From contig JBMNFY010000010.1 in NCBI GenBank assembly GCA_050949565.1, positions 256,001 through 320,000 of the forward strand: a DNA stretch of 64,000 bases, given 5' to 3'. The position numbers were made by a program, and so were the translations under genes. Below the pieces are notes generated by a model. The model was not told the origin of the DNA and made no database searches. It saw only the letters and a list, made by a program, of their open reading frames with translations. How positions within the stretch are numbered: the first letter of the stretch is position 1; the number at the start of each line of letters is the position of its first letter. This DNA comes from Kiritimatiellia bacterium (GTDB taxonomy: Bacteria; Verrucomicrobiota; Kiritimatiellia; RFP12; UBA1067). Below are positions 48,516 through 58,008 of the stretch, in pieces.

Positions 48516-50165
48516 GAGGCTCTTGCAAAACCCCCTCGTGACATGGGCGTCCCGCCCATGAAACACGGGCAGGATGCCCGTGCCACGCCTGCACGCAAGG
48601 GATTTTGCAGGATTTTCTGACGAAGAGGCGCAGCGGTTGCTGAAAAACGGACGCGACAGGGCGTTTTTCCCGTTTTTCGGATGTTTCCGGGCAGACCCCG
48701 GCGCCTCCGCCCGGTCGCGGGCGGGTTTTCAGGGAGGGCAGTCTGCCGCGGGGCCGGTCAGGGAAGCATTCTGAGCATCTGCTCGGCGGCGATGACCAGC
48801 AGCCCGAAGGCCAGATGCGCCGCCACCTTCGCCGGGCCGCGCACCCGGACGTTCCGTCCGCCGTGCTCTTCGTGCAGATGGCTGTTGACGCGCTCGACGG
48901 CCGTGCGTTCGTGGTAGCGCCGGGCTTCCGCCGGGGAGAACTCGATCTTCTCGCCCCGGCGCGGGTTGTGGTCGATGAGCGCCACGTGCCCCAGCCGCGC
49001 CGACATCTCGCGGATCTCCTTGGCGTCGTAGGCGGCGTCGGCCAGATCATAGAGGTTGACGATCCGTCCGGCGGTCATCTGCGCCAGCGGGATGGCGGCC
49101 TGGCTGTCGTGCAGGCTGGCGGAAGTGAGTATGAAGCTGACCGGGATATCGCCGTCGATCACGTCCAGATGGGCCTTGTAGCCGCGCCAGCATTCTGTCT
49201 TGCCCTTGCTGTTCTTCTTGCAGCCCCAGTCGCAGGACGCGGGCAGGTCGGCCAGGTTTTCCTTCAAGCCGCGGTTGAGCTGCAGTTGCAGCCGTGTCGG
49301 ATCCGGCGGCGGCGCCGGGGGCTCGCCCTTCCTGCGCCGGCCGCGTTTGCCGCGCTCGGGGGCGGGGGCCGTCTCCGGCTTGGCCGCGGCCTTCTCGCGG
49401 GCGCGGATCGCGGTGGCGTCGCGGCTGACGTGCCCGGCGAGCTTGTCGCCATAGCGGGCCTTGACCATCGCCTCGTGGATTTCCTGCGGGCACCCGTTTT
49501 TGGCGAATTCGGCGAAGGCGCGCGAGAAGGTCGACGCCGAGGGCACTTCGCCGAGCGTCTCCCAGCCGCACAGCCGGCGCAGGGCCGGACGGTGGCGGAT
49601 GGCGTCGATCAGGCCGCTCGTGGTGTCGAAGTTCCAGACGGTCTTGCCTATGAACGCCTTGCACATCGCCAGCCGGTCGCACGGCGGGCAGCCGTTGCCG
49701 CACCAGCGGTAGGCGCCCATGTGATCCTGCGGGGCGCACAGCTCGCAGACCGCGACGAACTGGCGGTGCTTCTCGTCGAGTTCCCCGATCTCGTCCTCCA
49801 GCATCGGGAAGAGCCATGACTGGATGCTGTTCCACAACTGGCCCAGAGGGGGTTGATGTCGCGTTTCCTTCATGCGTTTTTGTCTCCTTTCCGCGTTTGT
49901 TTTTCCGTCCTTACGGATGATGGAGGCATTGTAACATATTGCGCGGCAACAAGATACAACAAAAATCGGGGGGGTAGACAAACACCCCGGAATGTGCGAC
50001 AATACCCCTGTTTGTTTTGGGCGCGGTATGGTGCCGTGCAGAAGGCGACGCGGCGTGGGGCGGAGCGTCATGCCCGGCCGCGCCGGGCGGTGGGATGGTT
50101 CGCTGACAAGACGTCCCGCCCGCAGGCCGTCAGGCGTTGCGGTGTGGGGGTTTTGCAAGAGCCTC
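48516..50165 (-). mobile_element. Complete 1650-bp insertion sequence (DDE; IS1182/IS5-like)
   Basis: TIRs GAGGCTCTTGCAAAACCCCC / GGGGGTTTTGCAAGAGCCTC; 7-bp TSD TCAAACT at 48509-48515 and 50166-50172. Confidence 0.93.
48758..49873 (-). CDS. DDE transposase
   Basis: PSASTFSRAF, SRDATAI, WRGYKAHL, DLADAAYD, RYHERTAVERVNS; likely ATG at 49873. Confidence 0.92.
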   Translation of the reverse strand: MKETRHQPPLGQLWNSIQSWLFPMLEDEIGELDEKHRQFVAVCELCAPQDHMGAYRWCGNGCPPCDRLAMCKAFIGKTVWNFDTTSGLIDAIRHRPALRRLCGWETLGEVPSASTFSRAFAEFAKNGCPQEIHEAMVKARYGDKLAGHVSRDATAIRAREKAAAKPETAPAPERGKRGRRRKGEPPAPPPDPTRLQLQLNRGLKENLADLPASCDWGCKKNSKGKTECWRGYKAHLDVIDGDIPVSFILTSASLHDSQAAIPLAQMTAGRIVNLYDLADAAYDAKEIREMSARLGHVALIDHNPRRGEKIEFSPAEARRYHERTAVERVNSHLHEEHGGRNVRVRGPAKVAAHLAFGLLVIAAEQMLRMLP

Positions 50166-50257
50166 TCAAACTGTAATTGTGAAATTGGCGCAGGGCGCTG
50201 TAGCTTCGTTGCGCGTTATCGCATGGCGGGGCGAACTATTCAGTCAGGGGGAACACC

Positions 50258-53200
50258 ATGGGATATTCTGAGGGTTTTCGTCGTAGTGTGCTCGGGCTCT
50301 GTATCGCTGGCGCGGTGTCGGCGGCATGGTCGCAGACACTCCAGCCGGTGCCGCAGGCCGATGTGGAACGACTGGCCGAGCGGATTCAAGCATGGGATGC
50401 CGCGCGGCCGGCCCGCCCGCGACGCGTGCTGGTCTTTTGGCGGTGCGAGGGGTTTGTCCACGGCAAAGCGCTGGAGTACGGCAATGAGACGCTCAAACTC
50501 GCCACCAAGGCGTTTGCAGCGGACCTGTCGAACGATTACGCGGTCTTCGCGCCCGAAAATCTGGCGAAGTATGATGCGGTTATCCTCAACAATACCACGG
50601 CGCTTGATACCCGTGCGAATCCCTTTATCGAACCCGCTCTGATCGACTATGTGCGGTCCGGCAAGGGCCTGGCCGTGATCCATGCGGGGGCCGATAACTT
50701 CTACAAGGCCGAGCGGGCGGCCGAGATGGTCGGCGGCCGTTTCTGGGGGCATCCGTGGGGTAGCGGCGGGACCTGGGCGTTTAAGCTGGATGAGCCGGGG
50801 CACCCCGTGAACCGTGCGTTCGGCGGCAAGGGAATCTCATTCGGCGACGAGATTTACCAGCAGCAGTCGCCTTTCTATAATCGCGCGAAGTTGCGTGTGT
50901 TGGTTTCGCTCGACATGTCGGACGCCGCGACCGCCGCAGCGAACGGCCAGCGCCGCGAGGATAAGGATTACGCTGTCTCTTGGATCCGCCCCTATGGCAA
51001 AGGGCGCGTCTTCTATACGTCGTTCGGCCATGATCAGCGCGCCTTTCTCGATAAGGCGGTGGTCACGCATATTCTGGACGGTATCCAGTACGCGATCGGC
51101 GATCTCAAAGCGGATGACGCGCCAGCAGGGCTTTCCGACGCTGACCTCGCCCGTGTGCGTGCCGCCTCCGAAGCGAACGTGAACGAGGTCTTTGCGTTTC
51201 TCCAAGACATCGCGGCACACACATTCCACGCGCGCACGGAAGCAGCCAATCGTGCCAAATTGGAGGCATTGCTCAAGGATACGGCGACTTCAGTTCACGG
51301 CAAGCGTGCGATTCTGCGCGTGATGCTGAACATGGGTGCGCCTGAGGATTTGGAGCCGGTTGCGGCCTGTCTGACGCCGCCGGAAACCCGCGACTGGGCT
51401 GCGGCGCTGTTGGCAGGCACGCCCGGTAAAGCGGCTGCCCGATGCTTGACACGGACGTTGCAGAGTCCCGATCCCGCCCTGCGTGTGACCGCGCTGAACG
51501 CATTGGCGATCCGGCGCGATGCCGCAGCCGTCGCTCCCGCCACGGCGGACCGCGATCCCGCTGTGGCCGCCGCTGCGTTCGCCGCGTTGGGGCGTATCGG
51601 CGACACAGATGCGCTGAAGGCACTGGCGAAACCTGCCGCAGCCGCGTACGAACCGGCCCGACTCAGGGCGCTCGCGGCTTGCATCGGCACATTGAGCGAT
51701 CAAGGGCAGGCGCGCGCAACGGTGCGTGCGGCCAAGCCGATCTTTACCGAGACGTCACATCCTGCGGCGGTGCGTGCGGCCGCAGCGCGCGCGCTGTTGT
51801 TGGCCGACAGCCGCTTCTTCGAATTCGGCATCAAAGACGCATCGCCGCTGGTACGCCAAACGGTTATCCGCGCGGCGGACGGCGTGCCGGTCGATGTTCT
51901 GGCGGGTGCGCTCAAGACGGTCGCGCCGTCCGAGCAGGTCATGCTGGCGGCGAAACTTGCGTCGCGCGGCGATGCGTCGGCGGCGGATGCTGTGGCCGCA
52001 TTGCTCACCAGCGATCAGGAGGCGGTGACGGTGGCGGCGCTGCAGACGTTGACGCAACTGGGGGCGGGACGTCATGTGCCGGCAATTGCGGCGCTGATGG
52101 AGCGCGAAGGGACGGTCGGACGCAGTGCGGTTGAGACGTTGCAGGACATGCGGGCCAAGGATGCGGGGGCCGCGTTGTTTGCGCTCGCCGAGCGTGAGCC
52201 GGACCGCCAGATCAAGCTGCTGCCGGTGTTGGGTGAGCGGATGGAATCGGCGTTGTTGCCGCGCTTTGCTCCGTTTGTCTCTTCTGACCGCGCCGAGGTG
52301 CGGCGTGAAGTGTGGAAGGCACTGGGCAAGGCGGCGGATGAGCGGAGTTGTGATACGTTGCTGACGTGGCTGCCGCAAATCCATGCGGATGAGATCAACC
52401 AGGCGGAAGCCGCCGTGCGGGCCGCTGTCAAAAACCTTGAGCCTGCCGCGCGCGCTTCGGCTTTTGTCGCGGCGTGGGGCAAGTCGGGGCCGGCCGCCAA
52501 GCGTGCGCTCGCCGCGCTGATGACCAGCTACAGTGATCCTGCATTTCTGGCACCGCTTACCGGTGCGTTGAACGATCCCGATAAGTCGGTGCGCGAGACG
52601 GCGTCGCGCCAACTGGGCGAGTGGCCGTCGATGGCACCGTTTGCGGCCTTGAGGACGGTAGTCACGATGCCGGGTGACGCGGCCCTCAGGCAGGTTGCGC
52701 TACGCTCGGCGCTCAAGTTGGCCGCTACGCAAGGTGGGGGGGAGGCGCGCAGCCGCTTTATCGAGTTGTTCAAAGCGGCACCGGATGACAAGGGGCGGGA
52801 GAGCGTGGCGGACGCGGTGTTCCGGCGCGACGGCATCGACCTGTTCCCGCTGTTGCGCGGGCTGTTTGACGATGCGGCGTGCGGTGGTGCCGCCAAGGCC
52901 CTGTATTGCCGGTTTTATGACGAAAAGTTGAAGCAGCAGGCCACGCAGCCGTTGCGCGAGATCGCGCCTAATAAGTGGAAGGCAAATGCGTCGCACGGTG
53001 GCCGTGATGCGCCGCGCGCGTTTGACCGCAAGCCTGAGACGCGTTGGACGACCGGGCGCACCTCGGAGAAAGGCATGTGGTTTACGCTGGATCTGGGCGA
53101 AAATGTCTATGTCTCGGAGGTCGTGCTCGACACCGAGCGTTCCGCCAACGACACGCCGAATGGCTATGAGGTCTTTGCTTCGACCGACGGCAAGACGTGG

Positions 53201-53401
53201 ACCGGCCCCGTGGCGAAAGGCGACGGCAATCACACCAAGAAGACGGTGATTCCGCTCTCCGTGCAGACGCGGCATCTGAAATTCGTGACGACCGGCGGCC
53301 GTGGCGGGCTGTATTGGTCGATTCACGAGATCACGGTCAAGGCAGGGCTCGACCAGAAAAAAGTGGAAGAGATCCGCGCCGTTGCGGAGTCGATCCGGTA
53401 A
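50258..53401 (+). CDS. Secreted ThuA-domain protein with HEAT repeats and C-terminal F5/8 (discoidin) domain
   Basis: GKGLAVIHAG..VGGRFWGHPW..DEIY..GKGRVFYTSFGH; HEAT-like repeats; RAFDRKPETRWTT..WFTLDLG..WSIHEI. Confidence 0.88.
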   Translation: MGYSEGFRRSVLGLCIAGAVSAAWSQTLQPVPQADVERLAERIQAWDAARPARPRRVLVFWRCEGFVHGKALEYGNETLKLATKAFAADLSNDYAVFAPENLAKYDAVILNNTTALDTRANPFIEPALIDYVRSGKGLAVIHAGADNFYKAERAAEMVGGRFWGHPWGSGGTWAFKLDEPGHPVNRAFGGKGISFGDEIYQQQSPFYNRAKLRVLVSLDMSDAATAAANGQRREDKDYAVSWIRPYGKGRVFYTSFGHDQRAFLDKAVVTHILDGIQYAIGDLKADDAPAGLSDADLARVRAASEANVNEVFAFLQDIAAHTFHARTEAANRAKLEALLKDTATSVHGKRAILRVMLNMGAPEDLEPVAACLTPPETRDWAAALLAGTPGKAAARCLTRTLQSPDPALRVTALNALAIRRDAAAVAPATADRDPAVAAAAFAALGRIGDTDALKALAKPAAAAYEPARLRALAACIGTLSDQGQARATVRAAKPIFTETSHPAAVRAAAARALLLADSRFFEFGIKDASPLVRQTVIRAADGVPVDVLAGALKTVAPSEQVMLAAKLASRGDASAADAVAALLTSDQEAVTVAALQTLTQLGAGRHVPAIAALMEREGTVGRSAVETLQDMRAKDAGAALFALAEREPDRQIKLLPVLGERMESALLPRFAPFVSSDRAEVRREVWKALGKAADERSCDTLLTWLPQIHADEINQAEAAVRAAVKNLEPAARASAFVAAWGKSGPAAKRALAALMTSYSDPAFLAPLTGALNDPDKSVRETASRQLGEWPSMAPFAALRTVVTMPGDAALRQVALRSALKLAATQGGGEARSRFIELFKAAPDDKGRESVADAVFRRDGIDLFPLLRGLFDDAACGGAAKALYCRFYDEKLKQQATQPLREIAPNKWKANASHGGRDAPRAFDRKPETRWTTGRTSEKGMWFTLDLGENVYVSEVVLDTERSANDTPNGYEVFASTDGKTWTGPVAKGDGNHTKKTVIPLSVQTRHLKFVTTGGRGGLYWSIHEITVKAGLDQKKVEEIRAVAESIR

Positions 53402-53443
53402 ATGAGAGCCCTAACGTTCAACCCTTTTGTACGAGAGACAACC

Positions 53444-54718
53444 ATGAACCTTTCACGTAGAACTTTTCTCCGCGGCTCGGCCGCGATCGCTTCAGCCGCG
53501 CTATTCAACATTGTTCCCGCGCGTGTGCTCGGCCAGAACGCGCCCAGTAACCGCATTGCTATGGCGATGATCGGCGTCGGTGGCATGGGGCGCGGCAACA
53601 TGGGCTCTTTCCTCGGCATTGAGGATGTGTCCGTGCGTATCGTGTGTGACGTCAATACCAAGAAGATGGAGGACGCCAAGCGTCATGTCGACGGGCATTA
53701 CAAAAATGCGGATTGTCTGATGATTAAAGACTTCCGTGACGTATGCACGCGCGATGACATCGACGCTGTGATGATCGCCACGCCTGACCATTGGCATGCG
53801 ATCATCGGGATTTTTGCGGCGCGCCACGGCAAGGACATCTACGGCGAAAAGCCGTTCGCGCACAATCTGCTGGAGGGGCGCGCGCTGGTCAATGCCGTCC
53901 GTCAGCACGGACGAATCTGGCAGACCGGAAGTTGGCAGCGCTCGTCCGGCGAGATGCGCCGAGCGGTCGAGTTGGTGCGCAACGGCCGTATCGGCCGGAT
54001 CAGCCGCATGGAGGTGGGGCTGCCCTCGGGTGGACGCGGCCGTCCGGCTGACCCTTCTGCGCAGGTACCGCCGGAACTTGACTGGGATTTCTGGTTGGGG
54101 CCGGCGCCGTTCCGCCCGTTTCAGGGTGTTTGTGACTTTGATTGGCGCTGGGTGCTAGAGTGGGGCGGCGGGCAGTTGATGGACTGGGTCGGGCACCATG
54201 CCGATATCGCGCAGTGGGGAATCGACCGCGACACCTCCGGTCCGATCTCGTTTGAAGGGTATGCGCCGTTTGAGCCGGATGGTATCTATGATTCACCCAA
54301 GACTTACCGTTTCACGTGCCGGTATACCGACGGTATCGAGATGACGGTGGCCGATAGTTCGCAAGTTAGGGGCGGTACCACCTGGTACGGCGAGAACGGG
54401 GCGTGGATCTGGGTGGACCGCGGCCGTTACGAGGCTTCGTCGCCGGCGATCCGCGACAGCAAGATTGAGGCGGGCGAGTTGCGCTTGCGTAGCCCTGGGC
54501 ATCAGCGCGACTTCATCGCCTGCGTGAAAAACCGTGACACGACGCTGACGCCGGCCGAGGTCGCGCACCGTTCGGCCAGTATCGGACAACTCGGCCAGAT
54601 CGCGATGCTGACCGGGCGCAAGATCACTTGGAATCCCGAGACCGAGCAGATTATCAACGATCCGGCTGCGGCGGCCTTGCTGGGACGCACACCGCGCAGC
54701 CCTTGGACGTTGGGTTGA
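53444..54718 (+). CDS. Tat-exported Gfo/Idh/MocA oxidoreductase
   Basis: SRRTFL Tat motif, IGVGGMG, IATPDHWH, YGEKP, LDWDFWLGPAP. Confidence 0.93.
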   Translation: MNLSRRTFLRGSAAIASAALFNIVPARVLGQNAPSNRIAMAMIGVGGMGRGNMGSFLGIEDVSVRIVCDVNTKKMEDAKRHVDGHYKNADCLMIKDFRDVCTRDDIDAVMIATPDHWHAIIGIFAARHGKDIYGEKPFAHNLLEGRALVNAVRQHGRIWQTGSWQRSSGEMRRAVELVRNGRIGRISRMEVGLPSGGRGRPADPSAQVPPELDWDFWLGPAPFRPFQGVCDFDWRWVLEWGGGQLMDWVGHHADIAQWGIDRDTSGPISFEGYAPFEPDGIYDSPKTYRFTCRYTDGIEMTVADSSQVRGGTTWYGENGAWIWVDRGRYEASSPAIRDSKIEAGELRLRSPGHQRDFIACVKNRDTTLTPAEVAHRSASIGQLGQIAMLTGRKITWNPETEQIINDPAAAALLGRTPRSPWTLG

Positions 54719-54735
54719 GGCGGGCACCGCCCGCA

Positions 54736-56244
54736 TTAGTCAAAAAGACGGCCGGGATTGAGCCGTCCGGTCGGGTCGAAGGTGGCCTTGAGGCGGCGCA
54801 TGCCCGCAAGGCCCTCCGGTCCGGCCATGACTGCGAGCAACTCTTTTTTGAGGCGTCCGATACCGTGTTCGCCCGCGACGCTGCCGCCCCAACTGACCAC
54901 TCGCTCCGCCCAAGAGCGGACAAGCCGCTTGCCTATTGCGTACTCGGTCATGTCACGTGGCAGGATGTTGACGTGGAGATGGTTGTCGCCGATGTGGCCG
55001 AAAATCACATGCTCAAGTTTTGCGGCTGCAAGGTCACGGCGGTAAAGGCGTATAACCTCCGGCAGGATGTCGTCGGGCACGGAGAAGTCGGTGCCGAGCT
55101 TGGTGAGGTCGGGCAGTCGGCGCTTACGCTCGGCGATCATGGCGTTGACCTGTTCAGGAACCGCATGACGGAAGAGTTTGAGCTTATCGAGCGACGACGC
55201 ATCTGCGGCGAGCCATGTGTTGCGCGGATCGCCGTGACAGGCGAGGAGGATGTCGCTGGTCAGCGCGGCAGGCGACGTTGCGTCGGAGGCCAGCGCCCAT
55301 TCCAGATAGAGGGCGACGTTCCATCCAGGCTTTGAGGGCGGCAGCGGCAGACCGGCGTGTGCGGTGCCGGTGCGGACGAACCGCAGCGAATCCGCGTCGA
55401 AGTACTCAATGGCCGTGAGCGTGTGGGGCAGGGCGGCGGAGGCGGCGGATCGGATCGCTTGAACGCACGCCAGCGCATGCGCTTCAGCGGCAAAAAAGCA
55501 CAGGATGCCAAGCGTCTGGAACGGTTTGGCGTGCAGACGCAACTCAATTTCTGCAAGAATGCCGAGTGTGCCCTCGCTGCCGATAAACAGGTCGAGCAGG
55601 TCCATGTCAGGCTTGACCCAATATCCGGCCGAGTTTTTAACGGTCGGCATGGGGATGTGCGGAAGCTCACCGGAAATCAGCCGCCCGCTGTCGGTGGTGA
55701 GTGAAAAGCGGTTACCGTCCGCCTTGTCATGGCCACGGCGCAGGGTGAGCGTGTCGCCGTCGGCCAACACCACGGTGAGCGCCTCGATGTGGGCGCGTGT
55801 CGGGCCGTAAGCAAAGGAGCAGGCACCCGATGCGTTGCAGGCCACCATGCCGCCGATGCTGGCGGTTGTTTCCGTGGGGTCCGGGGTGAACAGGTGGGCG
55901 GGGAAAGCGGTTGTGAGGTGTCGGCGCAGAGCGACCAATGAGACCCCGGGCTGGACACGTATGGTCGGAGGCGCGGCGGTGCCGGTATCGGTGCCGGAAC
56001 CGAGGATGGCGTCCATACGTGAGAGGTTGATGATCAGACCGCCGTCCGGCACCGCGCCGGCGGCGATACCCGTCCGGGAGCCCTGAACCGTCAGCGGCAG
56101 ACCGCAGGAGAACGTCTGTTTGAGTGCGGCGGTCAGCTCATGCGCACTCTTCGGAAAGGCGATAGCAATGGCGGAACCGTTTTTCCGCGATTCGTCGCGC
56201 AGATAATCCGGCGGGACAGGTGTCGTGAAACAATCGAGCGGCAT
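54736..56244 (-). CDS. FAD-binding oxidoreductase (D-lactate dehydrogenase/GlcD-like)
   Basis: PDPTETTASIGGMVACNASG, FIGSEGTLG, FGHIGDNHLHVN, GEHGIG, LNPG. Confidence 0.9.
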   Translation of the reverse strand: MPLDCFTTPVPPDYLRDESRKNGSAIAIAFPKSAHELTAALKQTFSCGLPLTVQGSRTGIAAGAVPDGGLIINLSRMDAILGSGTDTGTAAPPTIRVQPGVSLVALRRHLTTAFPAHLFTPDPTETTASIGGMVACNASGACSFAYGPTRAHIEALTVVLADGDTLTLRRGHDKADGNRFSLTTDSGRLISGELPHIPMPTVKNSAGYWVKPDMDLLDLFIGSEGTLGILAEIELRLHAKPFQTLGILCFFAAEAHALACVQAIRSAASAALPHTLTAIEYFDADSLRFVRTGTAHAGLPLPPSKPGWNVALYLEWALASDATSPAALTSDILLACHGDPRNTWLAADASSLDKLKLFRHAVPEQVNAMIAERKRRLPDLTKLGTDFSVPDDILPEVIRLYRRDLAAAKLEHVIFGHIGDNHLHVNILPRDMTEYAIGKRLVRSWAERVVSWGGSVAGEHGIGRLKKELLAVMAGPEGLAGMRRLKATFDPTGRLNPGRLFD

Positions 56245-56291
56245 CTCGCAGGGTCTCTCGTCTACGTTGCACGTGGCGCTCCTGAGCCCGG

Positions 56292-57276
56292 CTACATCCG
56301 CGAGGCAAAACGGCGTTGCAGGGCTACCATTGCACTGCCGGCCGCCGCAAACACTTCGCCAACCTGCGTTGTTTTGCGCGTGTTTTCAAGATGTGCGATC
56401 ACGTAGGCCGCATTGGGGTTTTCGGTCAATCCCAATCCAACACAGGCCGCTTCGACACGTTGCCAGTTGACCGAGCTCAGTTCGCGGATCAATGCCTGCA
56501 AGGCCTCTTCGGTGCCGATCCGTCCCAACGCATAGTAGGCACGCCGGCTCTTGCCGAGTCTGCTGATGAGGGGTTTGACGCTGGCGGACCCGATTTTGAC
56601 AAGAATATCCGTTAGCGCATCGGCCGCCCTGTTCTCTTTAGGTTCGGCAAAAGAGTTTTCAAGTCCTTCGATGACAATCGGCACGGCATGAGAGCCAAAG
56701 GCCAATATGGCCTTGGCCGCAGCCGCGTCACCCTCGCGGACGCGCTTCACAAGATCGTTTAGCGATGCCTGCGCGTCCTGCCGGAAAGTGAGGTTGACGG
56801 TCTGGCGTCCGGCGGGGTCGGGCGGAATGGACGCGGCGGTCGGCACGGTGACCGGCACACCGCACTTGCGGCATGGGATTTTCTTGCCGGCTGCACGCTC
56901 GGTGACGATCAGCTTGCAGGAACAGTTCGGGCAGATAAAACGTGATGTCGCCGTTGCTCAGGGTGACGGGGACAGTTGTGCTGCCAAAACCGGTCTGTGG
57001 TTTCTCAACGGGGATCGCCGCTGGCGGCGGCGTCGGGCGGCTGGAAGGCGGCGGTCAGCGGGGGCAACGGTGCCGTCTGCGCGGACTGCTGTTGCGGCTC
57101 CAGGGTGGGGGAGGCTGCAGAAGGACTCTGCTCCTCCTTCGGCGTTGGTGTCGGTGCTTCGGGCAATTTGATGTGCCCTTTGCAGATGGGACAAGCGATC
57201 TTACGTGCCCGAGCAGGTTCTCGGCTGCTCCGAGTCGCTGTTGACAGTGTGGACAATTAAACTTTATTGTACGCAT
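56292..57276 (-). pseudogene. Double zinc-ribbon + HEAT-repeat protein broken by three frameshifts (pseudogene or assembly error)
   Basis: IKFNCPHC../KIACPIC.. and ITF/ICPNC..KIPCRKC pieces lie in different frames (~57205, ~57030, 56938), then HEAT ORF 56292..56858. Confidence 0.7.
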
Positions 57277-57284
57277 AAGAGTTA

Positions 57285-57938
57285 CTACCGCTTGCTGTTA
57301 CGCGTTACGTGGGCGCGGGCGCAAGCCTCACGGCAGCGGCCCGCGACCCCATCCCAGTTGCCTTGCGCCATATCCTCTTTCTTGGCGATCCAGGTTCCGC
57401 CGACGGCGGCGACCGTATCGAGCGCAAGATAGCCTTCTAAATTAGCCGGGGAAATACCGCCTGTTGGCATGAAGCGGACTCCAGTATGCCGGTACGGCGC
57501 GGAAAGCGCGGAAAGGAGCTTGGTGCCGCCCAATGCTTCGGCCGGGAAAAACTTCAATAAGCGGAGGCCGCATTCAAGCGCGGCTTCAATGTCGGACGGC
57601 GTCGCGATGCCCGGCACAAAAGGCAGGTTCAATTCGCGCGCGGCCTGAACGACGCGTGGGTTAAAACCGGGAGCGACCGCAAACTGTGCGCCGGCATCGA
57701 CGGCGGTCTTGACCGTTTCAGGCGTGAGCACAGTGCCTGCCCCGACGATCAAGTCTGGACGCTCATGCGAAAGGATGCGTATGGCTTCAGCTGCGGCCTG
57801 AGTCCGAAAAGTGATTTCAACCACAGGCAAGCCGCCCGTAAGCAGGGCGTCTGCAAGCGGCAAGGCATGATCGGCGGCGTCGATGGCGACGACGGGCACA
57901 ACACCAAGTTCTGCGATGCGGTTCAAAACGTCACTCAT
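57285..57938 (-). CDS. eda: KDPG/KHG aldolase
   Basis: VEITFRT, VGAGTVL, LKFFPAEALGG, FMPTGGI; likely ATG at 57938. Confidence 0.93.
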   Translation of the reverse strand: MSDVLNRIAELGVVPVVAIDAADHALPLADALLTGGLPVVEITFRTQAAAEAIRILSHERPDLIVGAGTVLTPETVKTAVDAGAQFAVAPGFNPRVVQAARELNLPFVPGIATPSDIEAALECGLRLLKFFPAEALGGTKLLSALSAPYRHTGVRFMPTGGISPANLEGYLALDTVAAVGGTWIAKKEDMAQGNWDGVAGRCREACARAHVTRNSKR

Positions 57939-58008
57939 ATAAACTCCATGCAGTTGAGCTTCACATTTTGGCGGCATAACGTCAGAATGTCAATCTGCAA
58001 TCGCGACA

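Noticed and set aside
49874-50158. 95-aa N-terminal extension of the transposase ORF
   Set aside because: Starts inside the TIR and crosses the non-coding IS end; transposase-like sequence starts at ATG 49873.
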